Below, piece after piece: positions 49,041 to 58,160 of a stretch of 64,000 nt of DNA. Every line of letters starts with the position of its first letter. Within the stretch, counting starts at the first letter, position 1. Below the pieces are notes generated by a model. The model did no database searches, had not been told where the DNA came from, and saw nothing but the letters and a program-made list of their open reading frames with translations. The stretch is from positions 49,637 to 113,636 of IMG/VR virus record IMGVR_UViG_3300031673_008942; one strand, 5' to 3'. Source of the stretch: a virus. The translations under genes were made by a program, and so were the position numbers.

Positions 49041-49699
49041 TGGTTACTTATACGGCAATTTTTGGTGGATATGATATTTTTCGTGAGGGAGGCAATGAGG
49101 GGAGAAAGGTTCTTTTTACTGATAGTAAAGAGGTTTATTATGATACCACTCCATGGGAAGTTGTTCACTGTGGCTCAAGGGCGTTTGATGACCCCACTAG
49201 GGCTGCTAGGCATAAGAAAGCCCTATCTCATCATTTATTCCCCACTGAGGAGTATAGCTTATGGGTTGATGGGTCTTTAGAACTGAAGCAGAATTTTAAT
49301 GAAGAGCTTTTGAAGTCTATCTTGGGAGATTTCGACATGGCTATATATCCTCATAACCAGCGTAATTGTGCCTATCAGGAGGCACGGGCTTGTAAGAAGC
49401 ACAATAAGGATAGTCATGATGTTATTGATACCCAAATGAAAAGATATAGAGAAGATGGGTTTCCAGAGGGGATGGGACTTCCAGCAAGTGCTTTTCTTAT
49501 TAGAAGGAATACTCCACAAGTGAGCGAGTTCAATGATATGTGGTGGGATGAGATTCAGAGAGGGAGCAAGAGAGACCAATTGAGTTTTAATTACTGTTTA
49601 TGGAAGTTGGGTATGGAAGTGAAGTGGATTCGTTCTGGTAATATTTTTAAGAATGCTTATTTCGATGTGCATCGGTATCATCCACGGGAGGGAGAATGA
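49037..49699 (+). CDS. DUF616 (TOD1/MUCI70-like) glycosyltransferase, copy 2
   Basis: Same motifs; near-duplicate of the upstream gene; ATG 49037 overlaps the upstream stop. Confidence 0.85.
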   Translation: MMVTYTAIFGGYDIFREGGNEGRKVLFTDSKEVYYDTTPWEVVHCGSRAFDDPTRAARHKKALSHHLFPTEEYSLWVDGSLELKQNFNEELLKSILGDFDMAIYPHNQRNCAYQEARACKKHNKDSHDVIDTQMKRYREDGFPEGMGLPASAFLIRRNTPQVSEFNDMWWDEIQRGSKRDQLSFNYCLWKLGMEVKWIRSGNIFKNAYFDVHRYHPREGE

Positions 49700-50310
49700 T
49701 TGATGTAATGTTAGTGAAGTTCTGTGTAAAGCCCCATATTGAGCGTCAATTTGAGAGGATGGTTGATTTCTTGAAGAGCGACTCTCCTCTTCTTAATGTC
49801 GAGATATGGGATAATGATGAAGACAATATTGGTTTGACCAAGGCTCGTAATAAACTTTTAGAGCGGACATCTTCTGAGTTTGTATGTTTTATGGATTTTG
49901 ATTTAGATGTAACGCAGCTCAATATTGATTGGCAAGCGATGTGTGAGAAGATGAGCCAAAATAAGATGATAGGTCTCACAGTCCCTTATACCTTAAATGA
50001 ATCCGGGAAGAATGATTTATTGGAGTGGGAAGAGAAGTATTATTTGCCATGCCATTTTATGATAGCGAGAAGGCAGGTAATAATGGAAGAGCTTGGTGGG
50101 CTTGATGACAGATTCTTTGTGGCTTATCAGGATTGGGATTTGATTAAGCGGTTGGGAGACCTGGGTTATATCACCCTTCAGCATAATAAGTCATTGATAT
50201 CTCACTATGGTTATTCAAAGTATAGTTTGGATAAGAGGTCTTTATGGAATGCAGATTATCGTCAATATATTAGCAAATGGGGAAAGCCATTAGAGAAGAG
50301 GAATATTTGA
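49696..50310 (+). CDS. GT2 glycosyltransferase
   Basis: 'NIGLTKARN', 'FMDFD', 'GGLDDRFF..YQDWD'. Confidence 0.8.
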   Translation: MIDVMLVKFCVKPHIERQFERMVDFLKSDSPLLNVEIWDNDEDNIGLTKARNKLLERTSSEFVCFMDFDLDVTQLNIDWQAMCEKMSQNKMIGLTVPYTLNESGKNDLLEWEEKYYLPCHFMIARRQVIMEELGGLDDRFFVAYQDWDLIKRLGDLGYITLQHNKSLISHYGYSKYSLDKRSLWNADYRQYISKWGKPLEKRNI

Positions 50311-50969
50311 TGGAGAGCATTACATGTATAACTCCAAGTTTGCCTGAGCGAGAGGAATTTAGAGGTCAGTGCATTAGATATGTTGAGAGGTTTAGGAGAT
50401 TTAATCCTTATCGTCGAATAGAACATATTGTTGAGGTAGGTGGGACGTTGTCTTCTTTATTGGGAAAGATGCTTCCTAGAGTTGAGACTGATTTTATTGC
50501 AATTATTGAAGATGATGATGTTTATACTGCGGATTATTTAGAGTATCAGATTGGTAATATTAATCACTATGGTGTTAGCGTTATGGGTATGAACCCTACT
50601 GTTTATTATCATTTGAAATGGTCAGCGTATACCGAGATTACTCATAATAATCGAGCTTCTTTATTTACAATTGTAGGTAGGACAAATGTTATTCGGCCTG
50701 CATTGATGTCTATTGTTTCCGAATCTGAGGAAGTTCCTTTTATTGATTATCGTTTATGCCAAGATTTAGGAGATGGGCGTTCTGGGTGTATTCCTCATTT
50801 TAATAAAGCAATTGGTATAAAGCATAATATAATAGGTAGAAGCAGTGGCAAGGGGCATGAGTGGGGGAATGATAGGTTTGAGAGAAAAGATGATGAATTG
50901 GAATTTCTTCAAAATGCATGTGGAGAAGAGTTTATAGAATTTTATAAGAATATGGCGGAGACATTATGA
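50310..50969 (+). CDS. GT-A glycosyltransferase
   Basis: 'ITCITP..PER', 'IAIIEDDDVY..DYL'; start at ATG 50310. Confidence 0.7.
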   Translation: MESITCITPSLPEREEFRGQCIRYVERFRRFNPYRRIEHIVEVGGTLSSLLGKMLPRVETDFIAIIEDDDVYTADYLEYQIGNINHYGVSVMGMNPTVYYHLKWSAYTEITHNNRASLFTIVGRTNVIRPALMSIVSESEEVPFIDYRLCQDLGDGRSGCIPHFNKAIGIKHNIIGRSSGKGHEWGNDRFERKDDELEFLQNACGEEFIEFYKNMAETL

Positions 50970-53266
50970 AAAATAAAGTATTGATATATGACAAAAATGG
51001 TGACCATATTGGACCTTGGTTGAGTGGGCTAATGGGATATTTGGCTTCCAAGGGTTTAGAGCCAGTCGCTATAATGGGTGTTCATAAGGATGAATATTGG
51101 GAATCGACTGTTGCTGGCTATCATCATGTATTTATGTGGAATGGGACGGAGGATGCTTATTTGCCTCTTCGCAGGATTTGTGAGGAGAAGGGAATTAAGT
51201 ATCATATTTGTGAATGCGCATGGTTCCCTCAAAAGAAGTATTGGTATTTTGATAATGAGGGAATAAATGCTTCATCCAGTTTAATGCGAGATGATTTAAG
51301 TTGGGTTGGAGATGCTCAGTTTGATAAGTTGAAAGATATTCGAGATAAACATATTGGTAGTCGAAAATGGAATTATCCAGGCAAGTATATTTTGGTTCCT
51401 TTGCAGTTAGAATGGGATACCAATATTATTCAACACTCTCCGTTTCAGAAGATGCAGTCATTTATTGACCACGTTGAGGAAAGGTTTAAGGGTGAGAGGA
51501 TTATCGTCAAGAAGCATCCTATAGACATGCACACCTATACTACCACCACTGCTGAATTTATTGACTCAGGTTCTTTTTTAGACTACGCTCAGGATGCGAG
51601 CTTGGTTTATTGTTTAACCACGACTTGCCTTTATGAGGCCGCCTTAATGGGTGTTCCTGTTGAAGTAATTGGTGATGGGTATTTGAGGGCTCATGCGGAA
51701 GAATGGCAAAAGACCTTAGCAGCCATGGCGGACAGACAGATTCCTGTCTCTTCTTCGGATTTAGATTATTGGTTGAAGGATATTCTTTTCCCCGAAACTC
51801 TTGTGACGGGGGGAAATGCCAAGGTAAGTGTGGTTATCCCATGTTATAATCAGGGGCAGTATTTGAAAAGAGCAGTAGGGAGCGTTTTAAATCAAACAAT
51901 TAAGGCTGAGATTGTCATTGTGAATGACGATAGTCCTGATGATACAAAGTCTATTTGTATGGAGTTGTTAAAAGACCATCCAGATATTGTTTATGTGGAG
52001 CAAGATAATAAGGGGTTGCCGGGAGCTCGAAATACAGGTTTTAAGAATTCTAACTGTGATATTATTTTCACCTTGGATGCTGATGATTCGTTAGGAGCAT
52101 CAGATGTCTTAGAGAAGTGCCTTTCTCGGATGAGTGATGATATTGGGGTAGTTTATTTGGATTTGAAGAAGATGTCTGATGGGAGCATGACTAATTTCTC
52201 GCTAGATTTAACGAGATTGAAGGCAGAGAATACTATAGCTTCTTGCGCAATGATACGGAAATCTACCTGGGAGAAGGTAGGAGGTTACTGGGAGGAATTG
52301 CGTGAAGGTTATGAGGATTGGGATTTTTGGATAGCCTGTATTGAACATGGAGTGAAGTTTGAAAAGTGCCGAGGAGTCTATGTGTTGGTTGATGATACAC
52401 ATGATGGCAGAATGACTCCATATGTTCAAGAGCCCAAGAATTATTGGAGGTTGTTGGATAAGATAAGAGCTCATCATCCTAAGTTTTGGAATATTAAGGT
52501 AGCGGTCGATAAGTCTTCTAATGAAAATGGAGTATCTGTGGTGATGAGTAGTTACAATCAAAAAAAAACTCTAGAGATGGCTCTTGAGGCAATGTATTTC
52601 CAAGAGGATTTGCCTTTGGAGGTCATTATTGCAGATGATGGTTCGACTGATGGTACCTTGGAATGGTTGGATGAAGTAGGCGACCGATATCCTTTTCCCG
52701 TGAGATATATTACGAGGAAACATACTTGGTATCGTCTGGCCTCGTTGAATAATTTAGCCGCTCAGCATGCAAAAGGAAGAAGGATACTTTTTACAAATGG
52801 CGACCAAGTGCATTGCCCTTCTTCGATTATGTCTCATGGAATGTTGGATAGCAACACTGTTGGTGGTGGCGTTTTCAAAGGCATTAAGGAGCCATATTCT
52901 CATGATGTTGATATTCAGATGGTAAGAGAGTGGGGCGTTTTAGAAGACTTGGCGACAACGAATCCTTCTACGAAAACAAATGTTTCTTACATTGCATCGG
53001 TAGACCCAAACAAAGACCCTATCGGAGTATGGGGAGGCAATGTGAGTGTTCCCGTTGCTCTGTTTGATAAGATTGGAGGGTATGATGAGGGATTTGATGT
53101 AGGATGGGGCGGAGAGGAGAATAACTTGGTAAGGCGTTGTTTGGAGAAGGGTGGTAAAGTGGAATGGGTAATGAAGTCAGTGATTTATCATTTAGACCAT
53201 CCTTTAAAGGCTTATAGCTTGTCACAATTAGGTTCAAAGAGATATGTTGAGATGCTTAATTCGTAA
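50966..53266 (+). CDS. three-domain glycosyltransferase: KpsS/KpsC-like + GT2 + GT2
   Basis: 'ECAWFP..FDNEGINA', 'PLQLEWD' (QxxxD), 'KKHP'; 'VVIPCYN..LDADD..YEDWD'; 'ADDGSTD..FTNGD..WGGEE'. Confidence 0.85.
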   Translation: MKNKVLIYDKNGDHIGPWLSGLMGYLASKGLEPVAIMGVHKDEYWESTVAGYHHVFMWNGTEDAYLPLRRICEEKGIKYHICECAWFPQKKYWYFDNEGINASSSLMRDDLSWVGDAQFDKLKDIRDKHIGSRKWNYPGKYILVPLQLEWDTNIIQHSPFQKMQSFIDHVEERFKGERIIVKKHPIDMHTYTTTTAEFIDSGSFLDYAQDASLVYCLTTTCLYEAALMGVPVEVIGDGYLRAHAEEWQKTLAAMADRQIPVSSSDLDYWLKDILFPETLVTGGNAKVSVVIPCYNQGQYLKRAVGSVLNQTIKAEIVIVNDDSPDDTKSICMELLKDHPDIVYVEQDNKGLPGARNTGFKNSNCDIIFTLDADDSLGASDVLEKCLSRMSDDIGVVYLDLKKMSDGSMTNFSLDLTRLKAENTIASCAMIRKSTWEKVGGYWEELREGYEDWDFWIACIEHGVKFEKCRGVYVLVDDTHDGRMTPYVQEPKNYWRLLDKIRAHHPKFWNIKVAVDKSSNENGVSVVMSSYNQKKTLEMALEAMYFQEDLPLEVIIADDGSTDGTLEWLDEVGDRYPFPVRYITRKHTWYRLASLNNLAAQHAKGRRILFTNGDQVHCPSSIMSHGMLDSNTVGGGVFKGIKEPYSHDVDIQMVREWGVLEDLATTNPSTKTNVSYIASVDPNKDPIGVWGGNVSVPVALFDKIGGYDEGFDVGWGGEENNLVRRCLEKGGKVEWVMKSVIYHLDHPLKAYSLSQLGSKRYVEMLNS

Positions 53267-53311
53267 TAATATTTTAATACTCGGATATCCTTCAAATGAA
53301 GGATTGACAGG

Positions 53312-53623
53312 ATGAGCAAGAGAGCTATAAGAAAGGCAAATCGCTCCGGCGGAATGGCATGTCCAATTTGTAATCGAGTTGGCATACTTGTTGAGCATCA
53401 TATTCATGGGCGTGAGGTAAGAAATGCCAATCATTTGTGGAATATTGTCTTTATCTGTGGGGCCTGTCATGATGAGGTTCATACCGATTTGCCCAATAGA
53501 ATTATCATTATTGATTGGTTTAAGACTACGAAAGGGAAAGAGCTAATTTGGCATCGAAAGAATGAACCCAGGCCAGAGGGCTTCCCAGAGGGTGCTAGCC
53601 CTCCAATTTTCGGTGAATCTTAA
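53312..53623 (+). CDS. HNH endonuclease
   Basis: 'CPIC...EHHIH...N...ICGACHDEVH'. Confidence 0.85.
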   Translation: MSKRAIRKANRSGGMACPICNRVGILVEHHIHGREVRNANHLWNIVFICGACHDEVHTDLPNRIIIIDWFKTTKGKELIWHRKNEPRPEGFPEGASPPIFGES

Positions 53624-53642
53624 GATTTTTAATAATTTATGA

Positions 53643-53674
53643 AGCCCAAGTCTTTTGACTTGGGTTATTTTTTT
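53643..53674 (+). terminator. rho-independent terminator
   Basis: AGCCCAAGTC-TTTT-GACTTGGGTT then ATTTTTTT. Confidence 0.85.
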
Positions 53675-53742
53675 GTAAAATTCCGTAATTTGCCCGTGAA
53701 AATGCTATAGAGTAATGAATCTAATGACATATTGAGGTTAAA

Positions 53743-54123
53743 ATGTACAGAAAGCTACAAAAGATAGAGGGCTACACTAGAAAGCAGATAGTATCTTATA
53801 TGAGGCTCCGGCTTCGGTATGATTGGAACTGGACATCTCAGGCATTATTGAGGCTTTATGAGTTTCAGACTTTATCTGAGAAAACGAGCGGAGTGAGTGT
53901 AGAGCAGAATGGGATGGGGTTTAGTGGGTTTGATGCTCCTTTCTTGTCTCATGTGGTTTGTCGGCTTCGGTGCCATGCTAATTTTGCTCCTGAAATGAAG
54001 GATAAAATTCAGCGCAAGGTGCGCAGATATGCTGAGCAGGTTGTGGAAATTTCGGATATGGACAAGTTGAAGGTAGCCCTTGACCGTTATTATAATGTTG
54101 ATGAAAATATTGAAGAGGAGTAA
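53743..54123 (+). CDS. conserved phage hypothetical protein
   Basis: 'LYEFQT..E......NGMGFSGFDA.FLS' motif; GAGG SD. Confidence 0.7.
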   Translation: MYRKLQKIEGYTRKQIVSYMRLRLRYDWNWTSQALLRLYEFQTLSEKTSGVSVEQNGMGFSGFDAPFLSHVVCRLRCHANFAPEMKDKIQRKVRRYAEQVVEISDMDKLKVALDRYYNVDENIEEE

Positions 54124-54124
54124 T

Positions 54125-55291
54125 ATGATGAGATTGATATTGATATTTATTTGTTTGTGTTTTGTTGTTTCCGCCGGTGACGTAACTGATTACAGGAATG
54201 GAAAGTATCTCTATGAAAAGGCACGAAAATTGGATAAAGAGGGGAAAGATAAATCTGCTCTGGTGAAGTATGAAGAAGCTAGAAAGATTTTTGCTTCTTT
54301 GGTTAAGCGTGGTGCATTCAAGACCTACGAGGATTTTAACACAAAGTATAGCCACACCTTGGAGAAGACGGGACATTATTTTGATGCGATGATATATCGT
54401 GAGAAGATAATTCGTAATTACAAGAAGCGTGGATTGAATAATGAGATGATTGAGGAGGAGGCAAGTAGTTTTGCCAGTATGTTATTGCGGATAGCCAGAG
54501 CCTTGGAGAAAAAGAATAAGGATAACGATGAGATAGATGCTAAAAGCAATCCTGTGTTTTATTATCAGAAGATTTTATTGTTGAATGAATATACTGGCAG
54601 GCAACCGAAGCAAGGCGAGGAGGCGATGAGGGCTCTTTTCCGGTTACGCCCTGATATTGCGATTATCATGACCCATGCTTATAGAATGGGGAAAGAGGCA
54701 GATAAGTTAGAGAAGAGCAAAAGGGATGATTTAACAGATGCGCAGAAAGAGAAGTTTGCTACCAATTTGCGTATGGCAGAACGGAAATTGTATACATCAG
54801 CCTATGGAGCTTCCCCTGACAAGAATATTTTGAATACTCCAATAAATTCTTTGGCATATGGCTGTACGTATTCATTGAGTCCTCGAATAAGAGATGATGG
54901 TGAGCTTACTAATGGGAATACAGAAGATGCTCATAAATGGACAGGGAAATCTAAGGTTGAGGTGGTTATTAACTTGAAGACCCAAGCATCCTCTGAGCCA
55001 CGAGCTCCACTGATAGTAGCTTACACAGTGTCTGAATTCAAAGTTTATCTTCATTCGATAAAAGGAGTTAAAGCACCTTTAGCAGTAATGGCATACGGCT
55101 CTATGAGCGATAAGGGTCCTTGGGTCTTGGCAGGTCAAGATGTTGAGGTTGAAAATAAGACGGGTTGGGTGAAGATAGACGCTTTGAACAAGGCACGTTA
55201 CCGCTATGTTAAATTTGTATTTTTAGCTCGTGAGGGCGATGAGGGTAATAAATCTCCGATTATGGTCGGCGAGATTGACGTGATAAAATAG
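54125..55291 (+). CDS. secreted protein: signal peptide + TPR-like helices + C-terminal discoidin/CBM-like beta domain
   Basis: 'MMRLILIFICLCFVVSA-G' signal; GAGGAG SD; 'ARYRYVKFVF...IMVGEIDV' ending typical of F5/8-type domains. Confidence 0.6.
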   Translation: MMRLILIFICLCFVVSAGDVTDYRNGKYLYEKARKLDKEGKDKSALVKYEEARKIFASLVKRGAFKTYEDFNTKYSHTLEKTGHYFDAMIYREKIIRNYKKRGLNNEMIEEEASSFASMLLRIARALEKKNKDNDEIDAKSNPVFYYQKILLLNEYTGRQPKQGEEAMRALFRLRPDIAIIMTHAYRMGKEADKLEKSKRDDLTDAQKEKFATNLRMAERKLYTSAYGASPDKNILNTPINSLAYGCTYSLSPRIRDDGELTNGNTEDAHKWTGKSKVEVVINLKTQASSEPRAPLIVAYTVSEFKVYLHSIKGVKAPLAVMAYGSMSDKGPWVLAGQDVEVENKTGWVKIDALNKARYRYVKFVFLAREGDEGNKSPIMVGEIDVIK

Positions 55292-55335
55292 CCCTTTAGG
55301 AATTAAGAATTGCTTTATTCAGGTATAATGTATGT

Positions 55336-56703
55336 ATGATAAAGCGTATAGAACTTAAGAATTTTGAAAGCCATAAGCATTCTGTCATTGAGGGGTTATC
55401 AGAACGTTTAACCTTGATTTGCGGAATATCCAATTCGGGTAAAACGGCTATTGTTCGAGCTATTAAGCTTGTGGCTTATAATGATTTCGACCCTTCCTCT
55501 GTTCGTACTGGCTGTAAAAACTGTGAGGTGACGATTACGACAGATAAGGGAGCGGTCAGAGTAACCAGGGGGAAAGACAATATTTGGGACATCAGGCGTA
55601 GGGGTGTCTGGTTTTGCACCTCTTGTGAGAATATCTGGAATTCCATGGAAAAGGTTGATTGTCCTTCATGTGGGAATCCAGAGGTTTCGAAGACTGTTAC
55701 TTTCAAAAAGATTGGCAAGAATGCGGTTCCTGATTTGGTTGGCGAGGTTTTAGGTTTTGGAATGATAGGCTTGGGTGATGTTGAGGTCCCTGTCAATATT
55801 ATGAATCAAGAAGAAAGCCATTTTATGCTGAGGGGTCTTGGCGACAAGAAGGCATCAGGGAGTATTAGAGCCCAAGTGGTTGATGAGATAAGTGGGTTGT
55901 CCGGGATTGAGGGTTTGATTAAATCTGTGAGTTTAGACCGCCATCGGCAGGGTACTGATATTCGAGAGAATGAGGAGCGTATTGAAAAAATAATTTCTGA
56001 GATGCATGATGAGGATGGATTAAAGAAGGAAAGAGTAATTTTAGATAAAGTTCAAGAGTTGAAAGAAGAACGTCTTGAGTGCAAGGAGGTGAAGAGGGAT
56101 ATAGAGGGTGTGGTTTTAAGGGCAAAGGAGGCAGTTTTATCCAAGAAAGAAATTGAGGAGAAATTGTCTGAAGTTCCCGATACTGAGAAAGTGGAGAGGC
56201 TTATTGGGATGTCTGATGATAATATCCATTCATTGGTGAGCATGGCAGATGTTTACCGCAGATTTTTTGAATCAGACCAGAGTAGGGAGAGGATTGAGTT
56301 CGAAATTGACCAGATGATGGATGTGGATTCGGCCATGGGGCTATTAAATGGAGTGGATGAGTTGTTTAAGGAGATGGATGGTAAGATGATGATGCTATCG
56401 GGTTATCGGGCTATCGCTGGTACGGGAAGAGCGAAGAAGGAAGAATTGGAGTCGATTCCTGATTCTGATGTGGTAATTGGTTTATTGGATGAGGCATCTA
56501 TAGTCATTGCCAAGGACTCAGGGATGAATAATGTATTAAAATCTTATAATGAGCTTATTTCAAGTATAGAATTAAAGGAAGAAAAGCTAGCAGCATGCGA
56601 GGTCAGATTGGCTGAGGCTATTGAAGAGCGAGATGCATTTGATGTTTGTCCTTTATGTGATGGTAGTATTGAGTCGCATGAGTGCTTAACCGAAAGGAGT
56701 TAA
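55336..56703 (+). CDS. sbcC: SbcC/Rad50-like ATPase, N-terminal half ending at the Zn hook
   Basis: 'IKRIELKNFESH', Walker A 'GISNSGKT', Q-loop 'NQEE', coiled coil, terminal 'CPLCDG'; no signature or Walker B. Confidence 0.85.
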   Translation: MIKRIELKNFESHKHSVIEGLSERLTLICGISNSGKTAIVRAIKLVAYNDFDPSSVRTGCKNCEVTITTDKGAVRVTRGKDNIWDIRRRGVWFCTSCENIWNSMEKVDCPSCGNPEVSKTVTFKKIGKNAVPDLVGEVLGFGMIGLGDVEVPVNIMNQEESHFMLRGLGDKKASGSIRAQVVDEISGLSGIEGLIKSVSLDRHRQGTDIRENEERIEKIISEMHDEDGLKKERVILDKVQELKEERLECKEVKRDIEGVVLRAKEAVLSKKEIEEKLSEVPDTEKVERLIGMSDDNIHSLVSMADVYRRFFESDQSRERIEFEIDQMMDVDSAMGLLNGVDELFKEMDGKMMMLSGYRAIAGTGRAKKEELESIPDSDVVIGLLDEASIVIAKDSGMNNVLKSYNELISSIELKEEKLAACEVRLAEAIEERDAFDVCPLCDGSIESHECLTERS

Positions 56704-56714
56704 AGGAGTTAAAG

Positions 56715-57146
56715 ATGGAAGAATATATTGGAAGAGAGGTAACCTTTATTATTGATGGTGTTCCTCGTCCGTTTACCGGAGAGGTGTTAAGGAATGAGAA
56801 ATCATTGGTTTATGTAAAGTCATCTACTGATAAAAAGGGAAAGGTATTTCGTATTCCTAAAAGTAAGATAGCAATGTTTGCCCCAGAGGAGGAGCAGTTT
56901 GATTACATTCCGTTCCAAGTTCTTTATTGCGAGAATAAGAAGATTGGATGCGATGGGGTACAGTTGATTAAAGCTGGTGATGGTGTTTCTGATAATGATT
57001 TTAATGCATTCATGGGAGACTGCCCTTTGAAGTGTGATACGTGCAAACACGGAAAAAAGAAAGAATTGAGGTCTATTGAGTCTTCCTACTTAAGGCCACT
57101 ATTGGATGGGACAATGTATGGTGACTATCCAGAGGAGAGGAAATGA
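56715..57146 (+). CDS. hypothetical protein (Sm/SH3-like N-terminus, Cys-containing C-terminus)
   Basis: AAGGAG SD before ATG 56715; 'YIGREVTFII....FTGEVL'. Confidence 0.65.
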   Translation: MEEYIGREVTFIIDGVPRPFTGEVLRNEKSLVYVKSSTDKKGKVFRIPKSKIAMFAPEEEQFDYIPFQVLYCENKKIGCDGVQLIKAGDGVSDNDFNAFMGDCPLKCDTCKHGKKKELRSIESSYLRPLLDGTMYGDYPEERK

Positions 57147-57397
57147 GCGATATTGAAGACAAAATTAAGCGACTGAAGGCTGCTAAAAAGAAAGCAGAGG
57201 AGGAAGGCCAGAAGCGTTCTCGTTTGACGGGCGAATTGGATGCCATTAAGAAGCAATTGAAAGATATTAAGGCTGAGTGTAATGAGAAATTTGGTTGTGA
57301 GGTAAAGGAACTTCCTGGCATGATTAAAGAATTAGATGAACTTGCTGAGAAGAATGTTTTGGAGGCTGAGACCCTCTTGGGTATAAATGAAGGTTGA
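57143..57397 (+). CDS. small coiled-coil protein
   Basis: Heptad K/E-rich 84 aa; strong SD. Confidence 0.75.
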   Translation: MSDIEDKIKRLKAAKKKAEEEGQKRSRLTGELDAIKKQLKDIKAECNEKFGCEVKELPGMIKELDELAEKNVLEAETLLGINEG

Positions 57398-58160
57398 GCA
57401 TTTATCAGCATCTAGAATTAAAACCTACAAGCAGTGTCATTTAAAGTATCATGCTACTTATGACTTAGGATTGAAATCGGAAGCTCATCCGTTGACGGTG
57501 ATGGGCTCTGCTGTTCATAAAGCCTCAGAGATATCTACGAGAGCCAGAAGGCTTGGACTTCATCCAAAGCTGTGGAATCCAAAAGATTTGACATCGGCTG
57601 TAATGAAGAAGTATAAAGTTCAAGGTGATTTGCGCATACTGATGGAAGAACTGCTCGATAATGTCTCTGAGTGGGGCTATTTTAGGAAGATTGATAAGTT
57701 GGTGGGAGAAGAAATTGAGTTTAATGAATTGTTGCCAAATGGTATGTCGGTTAAGGGATTCATTGACAGGTTGGATTGGATGGGAGATGGGTTTGATATA
57801 AAGGATTTGAAGACCCAGAAGGCGGCATTTAGTGAGCCTGAATTGGCAGATAATTGGCAGGCTCATATTTATAATTTTGCAGTTCGTAGGATGTATCCCG
57901 ATGTTACTGGTGTGGTTATGGTATCATTTTGGGTTTTAAGACATTATGTTCAAAGAGTGAGCCTTACGCTTGAGGATGCTAAGAGGACTGAGGAAAGGCT
58001 TGTTGAGGTTGGCAATGAGATAGAGTCTATAATAGACCCTCAGCCTTCCCCATCCGGCTTATGTCCTTGGTGTCCTTATTACAGTCAATGTGATGCATCC
58101 AGGGAAGGAATTAAGGCTAGAATGAAAAGGAAAGGTTATGGTAGAAAGAAGAGCAGTTGA
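57387..58160 (+). CDS. RecB/AddB/Cas4-like PD-(D/E)XK exonuclease with Fe-S Cys motif
   Basis: 'LSASRI..Y.QC..KY', 'G.IDRLD', 'DLKT', 'Q..IY', 'CPWCPY...C'. Confidence 0.9.
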   Translation: MKVEHLSASRIKTYKQCHLKYHATYDLGLKSEAHPLTVMGSAVHKASEISTRARRLGLHPKLWNPKDLTSAVMKKYKVQGDLRILMEELLDNVSEWGYFRKIDKLVGEEIEFNELLPNGMSVKGFIDRLDWMGDGFDIKDLKTQKAAFSEPELADNWQAHIYNFAVRRMYPDVTGVVMVSFWVLRHYVQRVSLTLEDAKRTEERLVEVGNEIESIIDPQPSPSGLCPWCPYYSQCDASREGIKARMKRKGYGRKKSS

